In this document: positions 19,845 to 27,799 of the stretch, piece after piece
Layout: each line of letters starts with the position of its first letter
How positions within the stretch are numbered: position 1 is the stretch's first letter
Origin: Candidatus Nezhaarchaeales archaeon
GTDB lineage: Archaea > Thermoproteota > Methanomethylicia > Nezhaarchaeales > WYZ-LMO8
NCBI GenBank assembly: GCA_038887515.1
Contig: JAWAKK010000001.1
Location: forward strand, 390,205 to 454,204
DNA: 64,000 nucleotides
Direction: 5' to 3'
The notes under the pieces: generated by a model
The model's database searches: none
Told to the model about the DNA's origin: nothing
Seen by the model: the letters and a program-made list of their open reading frames with translations, nothing else
Program-made: the position numbers and the translations under genes

Positions 19845-20414
19845 TTAGGGCGCGCTGTATCGCAATGTTACATAAATTATCATGTAATCTCTCTCCTCTT
19901 GTCCGCATTCCATTCTAATCCACACGATTGCTTTCTCTCCTGGATTCAGAACCACCATTCCAAAGTGATTTAAACCGTCGAGCGGCGGATCGCCAACCTC
20001 ATATTCTCCACAGCCATCTCCACTATACGGACCATAAAAGTACGTTTGCACAGTATTGCCGTCATAGTCTGCGCCGTTTACCCATACCATAGGGCTCTCT
20101 AGAACTGAAGGCACAGTTCCATCGTTTCGCACTAGAAGCCCCACCCAGATGTACCATCCGCTCGACACGTTGGTGCATTCAATTATAAGCGTCTGTCCGC
20201 CACCTATCACGTTACTAACTATTGTCCCATCGTATCCCATTGAGCTGACTATCTTGCTTAAACAAATAGTCTGTCTAAACACTGCAGTTTCAACTCTTCC
20301 AACGACGTATAGGTTGTCCTGCAACAATGTGTGGGTCAGGCCGACTACAGCTAAAGCTACTATTGGGATTAGCGCCATCACGAACATTCTATTAAGAAAA
20401 CTGCTCCTCCTCAC
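19845..20414 (-). CDS. Small secreted protein, divergent paralog of the TasA-like subunits (TapA-like position)
   Basis: Signal anchor followed by 'HTLLQDNLYVVGRVETAVF'. This parallels 'YALWSTNLYVSGTINTGTV' of the downstream paralogs. Confidence 0.35.
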   Translation of the reverse strand: MRRSSFLNRMFVMALIPIVALAVVGLTHTLLQDNLYVVGRVETAVFRQTICLSKIVSSMGYDGTIVSNVIGGGQTLIIECTNVSSGWYIWVGLLVRNDGTVPSVLESPMVWVNGADYDGNTVQTYFYGPYSGDGCGEYEVGDPPLDGLNHFGMVVLNPGEKAIVWIRMECGQEERDYMIIYVTLRYSAP

Positions 20415-20423
20415 TTCACCTCT

Positions 20424-21752
20424 TCACCTCCTAACGATTTTTCTAGAGCCATTCACGTGCTTGTACGCGTATATTATGGATGCGTTAATAACAGCAGTTA
20501 ATAGTACGTATGCGATCAATGGGTTTTCAGTCAGATATACTGCAACGGTGCCAACCATGTTCTTTAAGAATATGCTGGCCCAGCCTATCTTCGGCACTGC
20601 GAAGACAAGCTTCCATAATTTTTGGCTAGGTATTACAACTATTGGTTCGTCGGGTACGTTGTTAGCATCACCCTTAGTCACTATTACTATTACGCCTCCA
20701 GACCTGCTTACTTCCACGACCCTATGTGCTATTGGGGAATCGATCCCGCTTCTCAAGTATTGTATTACATCGCCCACGTGAACCTTTTCTGCCGATGTTT
20801 GTACGGTTACGATTATGTCGCCTACATCAAGCATTGGCCTCATACTTCCACTTACGACTACGCTAGCTTGATACCCCAGTAGCCCACTCGTACCCCAGAC
20901 CATTGCTACCATAATCAAAGCCGCAACAAGACCTACCAGCTCTACGGACCTTGAAGCCTTACGCCCCCTCAATTTTATTTGCTTGATGTCCTTCTTGTTC
21001 ATGATTCCTACAGCGATTAACTTCATGGGCGAGAGAGCTTCATTTATCATTATCACTCCAATAGCAGGTGTAAGCGTAGTTATCAACGATTCTACCCCCC
21101 ACGGTGGTTTTGGTAGTATAGGTGCTAACCAATTGTATGCTTCTATGGTCCATACGTAGGTAATCGATGCTAGTGGCCCGCCTATTAGAGCTAGGTAAGT
21201 TGACAATAGACTCTGTGCGCCGGCCGGTAGTACTTTCGAAGCTAAAAACTTTACTGAATCAGCTAAGCTATTCTGGGCAATAAAGCTGAAAGCTGAAAGT
21301 TTAAGGAACATAAAAAATACTGTTACCAGGATTAGTCCAGTATACTTTCTACTTCTGGGTACAGACTTGACTACGTATGCTCTTGCAGTCTCCTGAGCTA
21401 AGATCGGAGCTGTAAAGTATACTATGTTTGTAATCATTCCTATTAGCGTGAACGAGTAGGGACTTCTCCCGAACTCCGTAAACAATGCTACAAGGTTTAA
21501 GCTTACGATTTGCAGTAAAGCCGTTAAAAACGCTATTATAATTACGAATCTATGGGTCTCCAACTTAAACCGTCTTAGACCTCCAATAAGATAAAGCGAG
21601 ATTAAAAACGATAACGTCCACAATAGTGATGGAATCACGTAAGCCAATAATCCAGTAAAATTAAAGGAGTTCAAAACGACATATATACCGATAATTAAGG
21701 TTAGCGTTGAGACCTGCCCTTTGTATTGGGCAAACGTGTCTTTCAAGCGCAT
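20424..21752 (-). CDS. Fusion protein: N-terminal ~270-aa polytopic membrane domain (about 7 TM, unknown function) fused to a type I signal peptidase (S26B, SipW/archaeal type) catalytic domain
   Basis: SPase boxes are 'VVSGSMRPMLDVGDII' (catalytic Ser), 'IAHRVV' (His) and 'TKGDANNVPDEP' (box D). A TM anchor precedes the boxes and a C-terminal TM follows them. Confidence 0.6.
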   Translation of the reverse strand: MRLKDTFAQYKGQVSTLTLIIGIYVVLNSFNFTGLLAYVIPSLLWTLSFLISLYLIGGLRRFKLETHRFVIIIAFLTALLQIVSLNLVALFTEFGRSPYSFTLIGMITNIVYFTAPILAQETARAYVVKSVPRSRKYTGLILVTVFFMFLKLSAFSFIAQNSLADSVKFLASKVLPAGAQSLLSTYLALIGGPLASITYVWTIEAYNWLAPILPKPPWGVESLITTLTPAIGVIMINEALSPMKLIAVGIMNKKDIKQIKLRGRKASRSVELVGLVAALIMVAMVWGTSGLLGYQASVVVSGSMRPMLDVGDIIVTVQTSAEKVHVGDVIQYLRSGIDSPIAHRVVEVSRSGGVIVIVTKGDANNVPDEPIVVIPSQKLWKLVFAVPKIGWASIFLKNMVGTVAVYLTENPLIAYVLLTAVINASIIYAYKHVNGSRKIVRR

Positions 21753-21839
21753 CCATGGCGACCTCCAACATTATCGTTAGCATAAAAAAAGAGGGGTTTA
21801 TTCGGACTCTAACTTAACGTAAGGCTTAGTTAGCTGTCT

Positions 21840-22883
21840 CTACGGTGTGTACGTGTACTTTACTTCAACTACCGCTAAATCGTGGTAAGTGTATGCGCCC
21901 CATCCGTCGGTTGCCTGGAAGCGTACCTTTAAGTCGTTAATTTCAGCAACTGTATCTACACCGAGCGCCTTTAAGTCTATAACCTCGGTACGATCTTGTC
22001 CAGGCGCAGGTAGGGGCGACAAGTTAATCGTACCCATCAACGTCGGCCCAACGTACACTCTTATCCTTGCATTATCTACGTGTGATGGTCTGTTCCACTC
22101 GAAGTACAATACAACACTGTCTATCGATGCTCCAGCAGGTAGGGTTACCTTTTCAAACCATATATCTAGGTACTCAAACTCACTATAGCACTCACTCCAC
22201 GTACTCTTAGTGCGATACCTATCATCATCACTTTGTTTAAGCCTGTTTAGATCTTGGCTCTTTAGCTGGTACCCAAAGTCTGTAGTGTCACAGCCTTTAT
22301 TCGGATTCAAACGCACTGTCTCCGTTATCGCTTGAGCTGGCGGTACATACTCATTCCACTGTATCAATTCCATCTCTAGAGCAAACGGGTAGGATGCATC
22401 TTGGTCGGCACACTGCTCAACATGCACCTTAATTACGACGGTTATTTCATCTCCTTGATGTAATTGTCTCCCTACAGGGGCATCGTGCGTAATCTGTAAC
22501 CAGACAGGTCCATCATTTGCTCCATATCCGCTCGACGGTGTCCAACCAATAGTGGTTATAACGGTTTCATTAACTATTGCTGGGACCGTTCCAGTATATC
22601 TATACACGGCAGTTATTGTTGCGTTGTAGCATGGATACGTATTGTCTACGACTACAATAAGTGTATCTGTCCCCAAGCCGTCGAATATAACTCCTCCAAC
22701 ATCCTTATCGTAACCAGGATCTACACCTTCATCGTTAGATACCGCAGATACCCACATTCCTTCAACAGTACCAGTTTCAATAGTACCACTTACCAAGACG
22801 TTCGTGCTCCATAACGTGTACACTAAACCTATCAATAACATGACAGCTACGAGGGCTGAAAGTACATACGCAAGTTTTTTCAC
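21840..22883 (-). CDS. TasA/camelysin-like secreted fibre subunit with ~165-aa C-terminal extension (347 aa)
   Basis: Signal plus 'YTLWSTNVLVSGTIETGTV', which is SipW-cognate-like. The core ends in 'ELIQWNEY', compared with TasA '...EATQWNG'. Confidence 0.5.
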   Translation of the reverse strand: MKKLAYVLSALVAVMLLIGLVYTLWSTNVLVSGTIETGTVEGMWVSAVSNDEGVDPGYDKDVGGVIFDGLGTDTLIVVVDNTYPCYNATITAVYRYTGTVPAIVNETVITTIGWTPSSGYGANDGPVWLQITHDAPVGRQLHQGDEITVVIKVHVEQCADQDASYPFALEMELIQWNEYVPPAQAITETVRLNPNKGCDTTDFGYQLKSQDLNRLKQSDDDRYRTKSTWSECYSEFEYLDIWFEKVTLPAGASIDSVVLYFEWNRPSHVDNARIRVYVGPTLMGTINLSPLPAPGQDRTEVIDLKALGVDTVAEINDLKVRFQATDGWGAYTYHDLAVVEVKYTYTP

Positions 22884-22909
22884 AGCAGATACCCCGCTAA
22901 TTGCTTAAA

Positions 22910-23419
22910 CTACTCTGGTGCTTGGAATTCGTTCCACTGTACGAGCATTATATCAATCGTGAACGTGTATGTCGCGCCCTGTAGAGCATCATTTGTTAAG
23001 TGGACAGTTAACAGACAGTTGACCTCTTGCCCTGGCTCTATTTGGTCTCCCACAGCTATCCCGCTAACCACGACCCATACAGACGCGTTACCGTTAATAG
23101 CTATGCTTTGAACTTTGACAGGAATTGTCCCAGTATTCTTTACCTTAAACTCTTGGAAGTAGTCTATGCTCGGATAGGCGTTTGTAATCGTAACCACCAA
23201 CGTATTTCCATCAACAAGAGCAGATATTTCGCTAACGTCTTTTCCAGGAACATCATCATCTCCATCGTAGCTGGCGCCTGCTATTATTTCTGCAGAGACC
23301 GTTCCAGTATTTATAGTACCGCTTACGTAGAGGTTCGTGGACCACAACGCGTAGCTTACTCCTAAGGCCAGCATAACTACGAGTAGTGATGCAACAATAC
23401 CGACAATCTTGGTCTTCAC
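22910..23419 (-). CDS. TasA/camelysin-like secreted fibre subunit (169 aa)
   Basis: Signal plus 'YALWSTNLYVSGTINTGTV'. The C-terminus is 'IMLVQWNEFQAPE'. Confidence 0.55.
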   Translation of the reverse strand: MKTKIVGIVASLLVVMLALGVSYALWSTNLYVSGTINTGTVSAEIIAGASYDGDDDVPGKDVSEISALVDGNTLVVTITNAYPSIDYFQEFKVKNTGTIPVKVQSIAINGNASVWVVVSGIAVGDQIEPGQEVNCLLTVHLTNDALQGATYTFTIDIMLVQWNEFQAPE

Positions 23420-23479
23420 TCAAGCCACCTCCATATTTCATACATATTCTTGGGATCTATCATCGCCTTACGGCTTTAA

Positions 23480-23527
23480 CGGGGGCCACCCCACATTAGT
23501 CCCCCGGGAAGTACGTTTCATACGTAC
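23480..23527. promoter_or_regulatory. Two palindromic elements 60-110 nt upstream of the TasA-like operon start
   Basis: 'cggggg'...'cccccg' (6-bp inverted repeat, 15-nt spacer) and 'GTACGTttcatACGTAC'. Confidence 0.3.
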
Positions 23528-23736
23528 TCCGTAGGTAGGAGTTATCATGGAAAATGGTTTTTAAACATGTGAAACTTTCAGTAAGAATGAGCTGGTAGTT
23601 ATCTAGGGGTATGTATCTGCTCGACCACACTTAATGCAGTTCAATCTACATGTAGAAGCATAGCGTAAATCAAAGGCCTACTTTCTATTATAAGCTTAAA
23701 TCCAAAGGGCTTTAGGCCTTAAGGAGTTTTAGGTAC

Positions 23737-23973
23737 TTACTCTTCTACTAGCAGTTTAAGAAAAAGTCTTCCCTTATCGGTTGTTCGATAAATTTTTGGG
23801 CCGCTCGGTACTTCAACGATTTCTAGCAACTCTTTGCCGACGAGGTACTGGAGGTACGCTTGAAAGCGTTTAAAGTTTAAATTAGATTTATAGATGATAT
23901 GGGTTATTTTCTCGCCCTTAAGGCATAACCTAAGTATCTCCATAATTATATTAACTTGGTTTCTACGCATCAC
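23737..23973 (-). CDS. Small winged-helix DNA-binding protein (COG3432-like)
   Basis: 78 aa: 'IIMEILRLCLKGEKITHIIYKSNLNFKRFQAYLQYLVGKELLE'. It has the same pattern as the ORF at 24376..24699. Confidence 0.5.
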   Translation of the reverse strand: MMRRNQVNIIMEILRLCLKGEKITHIIYKSNLNFKRFQAYLQYLVGKELLEIVEVPSGPKIYRTTDKGRLFLKLLVEE

Positions 23974-24164
23974 GAATCTACCATCTTCGTATTAAAACTT
24001 TAATTAACCAGTGTTGCGCGTCTAGTAGTAGACGTTTACGTCCTTTGCTTTTAAAAGTATGTGAACTTTTTCAAGGTGAGGGGTATTAATCTACTCCAAG
24101 ATATGGTCTATTAATTAAGGAACTGATAGTCCATAACGTCTATAAGTATCATCAATGATATCTC

Positions 24165-24410
24165 ATGTGTAGGCATTTTAAAAGAGGCGGCTCGATTGAG
24201 AGGATGAAGAAAAACATTAGGCGTTTTCTTAGAGCACTGGAAGACGGGGAGTTTCACAACCTCGAGGACCTATCTAGGAAATTGAATATGCCGCTTGAAT
24301 TATTGGTAGCCTTCTCAAACTTCTTGAAGAAATGGGACTTCGCGGATTTCGATGAGGAGGGTCGAAGGGTAAGACTTAAGCCTGACTTTCTTGAACTCCC
24401 CCGAGACTAA
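24165..24410 (+). CDS. Hypothetical small protein (81 aa)
   Basis: ORF only. It is basic and lies between two wHTH genes. Confidence 0.3.
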   Translation: MCRHFKRGGSIERMKKNIRRFLRALEDGEFHNLEDLSRKLNMPLELLVAFSNFLKKWDFADFDEEGRRVRLKPDFLELPRD

Positions 24411-24699
24411 GGTGTCTCTCGAGCTTCTTAAGAGCTTGGAAAAGTTTTTCTTCAGCTTCTTTGAGTTTCATAAATTCTTCAACGAAGTCCAGACCATTCT
24501 TGGTAATCGCTATCTTTGAAGAACTACCATTTAAGGAAACGAGCTTCCTAGAAAGAAGGAAGGATAAGTACTTATTAGTCCTATTTAAGTTCAAGTTGAC
24601 CTTGCGCATAATCATGGTCTTACTTTGTTTTCCTTCCTTAAGTAGAAGGAGGATGTCTGATAGGATGTCCAAGCCACTCCTTCTCTTCCTTTTAATCAT
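24376..24699 (-). CDS. Small winged-helix DNA-binding protein (COG3432-like), paralog of 23737..23973
   Basis: 'ILSDILLLLKEGKQSKTMIMRKVNLNLNRTNKYLSFLLSRKLV'. Confidence 0.5.
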   Translation of the reverse strand: MIKRKRRSGLDILSDILLLLKEGKQSKTMIMRKVNLNLNRTNKYLSFLLSRKLVSLNGSSSKIAITKNGLDFVEEFMKLKEAEEKLFQALKKLERHLSLGGVQESQA

Positions 24700-25094
24700 G
24701 GCTCTAGCAAGTACGATGACTTATATCCCCCTTAATAGATCTTCCCCCAACGCAAAAAGGGCAGCGGGCCCTACTAGGCCGCCACCCTACAACCGGCCAG
24801 GTTAGTTAACTAGTAATACTTCAGTTAAGTATATAATTGTTTCTATAAAATTCTTCTTATTTAAGCGAAGATTCTTTTAATCAATAAATGCAATGGTGGT
24901 TTTTATTTAATTTAAGCGTTGAAAATAAACGATATAAATACGTTAAAAATGTGCAAGCGTAAAAGTTTATGATTATAAAAGGGCTTCAACCATGTCACGT
25001 TTACTGACATACCTTTTCTTTAGTTGAAGCGATTTCGTGAAGTCAAAAAAGCTTGTTTCATATTTAGGGAGACAAATTTGGATTTGACGTAAAG

Positions 25095-25127
25095 GATAGC
25101 AGTTGTCAATATATGGATTCTGCTATC
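25095..25127. promoter_or_regulatory. 8-bp inverted repeat GATAGCAG-(17 nt)-CTGCTATC in the 475-nt AT-rich intergenic region
   Basis: Read directly from the sequence. Confidence 0.3.
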
Positions 25128-25279
25128 CTGAAGTTACGATTTTCGATGTAGTCTTCAAGAACTTTAAGGCAAGGTAAAGGCGTTTTGACGTTGAAATGTT
25201 TTAGAAGTCAACTTCTTAGCTTGAAAGTTCCTTAAATTTATTTGGAGCCAATAACTATTTTAAATTATTAAGGATACAT

Positions 25280-26089
25280 GTGCTAACTAGTTTTTTAGGA
25301 GTCGAATGGGGTTTGAAGGAGAATAATTGCGGCTCTTCTCTAATTCATGAATTTAAGGTTTACGTTGGTACTTCTGGTTGGCTTTACGATTGGAACGTCG
25401 ATGGAAGCTTTGACTGGTATGTGAGCTACTCTGAACTTAACGCTGTTGAGCTAAATGCCTCTTTCTACAGATTCCCATTTCCGAGCCAAGTGTCTTCTTG
25501 GGCTAAGAAGGGAAGTAAGCTTAAGTGGGCTATTAAGGTTAACAGACTCATAACTCACGTCAAGAGACTGAAAGAGGACTCTCTAAACATTTGGATGAGG
25601 TTTAGGACTCTCTTGAAGCCAATGGATCACCTAGTAGACTTCTATTTGTTCCAGCTCCCACCAAACTTCAAGAGGACTAGCGAGAACGTTAGGAGGTTAA
25701 AGACCTACGCTGAGGAGACTGACTTGGGCTCTAGGTTTGCAGTAGAATTTAGAGACGTTTCTTGGTTTAACGATGAGACCGTCGATGTATGTGAAAAGCT
25801 TGGAATAACTGTAGTATCGATAGACGCCCCCATAGGTACCTGGATAGCTAGAAGCAGCGATGCCATATGTCTTAGAATGCATGGACGAGACATCTGGTAC
25901 GCATACGATTACGAGGAGAATGAGCTTAGAGAGTTGGCCGTAAGAGTTCTAATGCTCAAGCCGAAAAGGGTGTACGTCTTCTTCAACAACGATCACTGGA
26001 TGCTTGACGACGCAAGAGCTATGCTTCACATCCTAAAAGCTACACCAAACCATCATCTCCAAGACTTGACGTATAATGCACACTTCTAG
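25280..26089 (+). CDS. DUF72 (YecE-like) family protein
   Basis: 'VGTSGWLYDWN', 'LNAVELNASFYRFP' and 'FAVEFRDVSWF' match the DUF72 signature blocks. Confidence 0.7.
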   Translation: MLTSFLGVEWGLKENNCGSSLIHEFKVYVGTSGWLYDWNVDGSFDWYVSYSELNAVELNASFYRFPFPSQVSSWAKKGSKLKWAIKVNRLITHVKRLKEDSLNIWMRFRTLLKPMDHLVDFYLFQLPPNFKRTSENVRRLKTYAEETDLGSRFAVEFRDVSWFNDETVDVCEKLGITVVSIDAPIGTWIARSSDAICLRMHGRDIWYAYDYEENELRELAVRVLMLKPKRVYVFFNNDHWMLDDARAMLHILKATPNHHLQDLTYNAHF

Positions 26090-26138
26090 GCGGAAGCCTC
26101 AGGAAGTTTTTTCTACGATTTTCGCTTAACAGTGAATT

Positions 26139-26942
26139 GTGCATGGTGGTCTCTTCATGGGGCTCGACGTGATAATATTGGCGGGCGGCTTTGCAAAGAG
26201 GTTGAGACCCATATCGGACGTCATGCCCAAGCCGCTACTCCACATAGATGGAGTACCGTTGTTAAATCACGTTTTAGAGAAAGTATTAGAGATAGACTAC
26301 GATAGGATAATAGTTTCAACGAACAAGAAGTTCGAGAGCTCATTTAGGTACTGGATGAAAACTCTTGAAGCAACTTACGAAAACGTCAAGATCTTCTTGT
26401 CCGTCGAACCTTCACAAACAGAAGAAGAGAAATTTGGCGCTATAGGAGGTCTCTCTTATACTATAAAATTATTTAACGTGGACAAGGCTGGAAACGACCT
26501 TTTAGTTATTTTGGGAGATAATCTATTCGACTTTGATTTGAAGGGATTTGTAAGTTATGGAGCGAGGTTAAATCGGATAGTTATAGGAGCTTACAACGTA
26601 AAAAACGTCGATTTAGCAAAGAGATATGGTGTTATAGTGGCCGATGAGAAAAATAAGGTCCTATCCTTCATAGAGAAGCCAGAGAAGCCTCCTTCAACGC
26701 TGATATCTGTAGGAATATATTACATACCGAGCGGCTTTATTCAGAAAATTGAGGAATTCTTAGGAATGCAGAAGTACAAGGATGCAGTAGGCAAGTTCTT
26801 TGAATGGCTCTCTAAGAATGCAGATGTGTATGTGTACGGGTTTACAGGTTATTGGACTGACATAGGGACCCCGGAGTCCTATTTAGAGGCGAATAAATGG
26901 GCTAGCGAGAGGAACTTAGGGAGAAGATGGCAGTGGCCTTAA
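26139..26942 (+). CDS. Sugar-phosphate nucleotidyltransferase (NTP-transferase superfamily)
   Basis: 'VIILAGGFAKRLRPISDVMPKPLL' is a G-rich nucleotide-binding loop. The true start is probably the ATG at 26157. Confidence 0.7.
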   Translation: MHGGLFMGLDVIILAGGFAKRLRPISDVMPKPLLHIDGVPLLNHVLEKVLEIDYDRIIVSTNKKFESSFRYWMKTLEATYENVKIFLSVEPSQTEEEKFGAIGGLSYTIKLFNVDKAGNDLLVILGDNLFDFDLKGFVSYGARLNRIVIGAYNVKNVDLAKRYGVIVADEKNKVLSFIEKPEKPPSTLISVGIYYIPSGFIQKIEEFLGMQKYKDAVGKFFEWLSKNADVYVYGFTGYWTDIGTPESYLEANKWASERNLGRRWQWP

Positions 26943-26957
26943 CTTAAGCTCCAATAA

Positions 26958-27743
26958 TTATGGGAAAATGCACTTAAGCTTACCAAGCTCTGGAAACTCG
27001 TAGACTCCGGCTTCGGGCTCAACGACTATTGGCTTAAACGAGTCTATGTCGACTTGACTCTCCAAGATAGGAGAGAGTAAAAGGTTCTTAGGGGTTTCAT
27101 TCATCGTAGAACCGCTTGCTAACGGCGAGAGCGCTGGAAGTACTATTACCATAACATTTTTCCAGAATCCCTTCAGGAAGCACTTGAACTTTCTCTTAAC
27201 TCCAAAGCTATCTCTGACAGCTAGGGCTGGATGCTCGTGGCCCATAAGTAAGACTTCAACCTCTCTAGGTAGCTCTTCTAACAATTTATGCCCGTGAACC
27301 ATTAAGTATCGACCTCTAATCATCATTGGATCATGGAGTTCTGCTCCATACTTCTTTAGTATGGTTATTATGTAGTTGTCGTGGTTCCCTCTGACGACGT
27401 GGACTTTTAGGTTGCTATCTGTAAGGTGCTTGAGCATGTCTTTGACTTCTACCCATTCTTGACTTGTTGGAATCCCAAATTCGTGCTTAACGTCGCCGAG
27501 CATGACTATGCTTTCAGGCTTAATCTTTTCTACCATGTCGCTTATGGCTTGCTTCATTTTAGGGTAGGTAGATCTAGGCACATATATGCCCTGCTTTTGA
27601 AGGGCTTGCTCGTAACCTATGTGTAAATCTGTGACCACGAGTATCCCTACATCTTTCAAGTAGAGCCCCGGCAGCATACGATCAATCTCTATGTTCTTTG
27701 AGACTTCAAAGTTCACAGTAAAGGCACCCATGCCACTATACAA
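26958..27743 (-). CDS. Metallophosphoesterase (MPE-like nuclease) encoded downstream of lhr
   Basis: 'VVTDLHIG', 'GDVKHE', 'RGNHDN' and 'MGHEHP' are calcineurin-like phosphoesterase motifs. Confidence 0.65.
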   Translation of the reverse strand: MYSGMGAFTVNFEVSKNIEIDRMLPGLYLKDVGILVVTDLHIGYEQALQKQGIYVPRSTYPKMKQAISDMVEKIKPESIVMLGDVKHEFGIPTSQEWVEVKDMLKHLTDSNLKVHVVRGNHDNYIITILKKYGAELHDPMMIRGRYLMVHGHKLLEELPREVEVLLMGHEHPALAVRDSFGVKRKFKCFLKGFWKNVMVIVLPALSPLASGSTMNETPKNLLLSPILESQVDIDSFKPIVVEPEAGVYEFPELGKLKCIFP

Positions 27744-27799
27744 ACTAACCTCCTTAACCTTATTATATGTTAGCGAAAATTAGCCCAGTAAAAAAATGT

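Noticed and set aside
23737-24699. Toxin-antitoxin interpretation of the small-protein cluster
   Set aside because: The three small genes are not co-oriented pairs with overlapping stops. Two are paralogous wHTH proteins, which fits regulators better.
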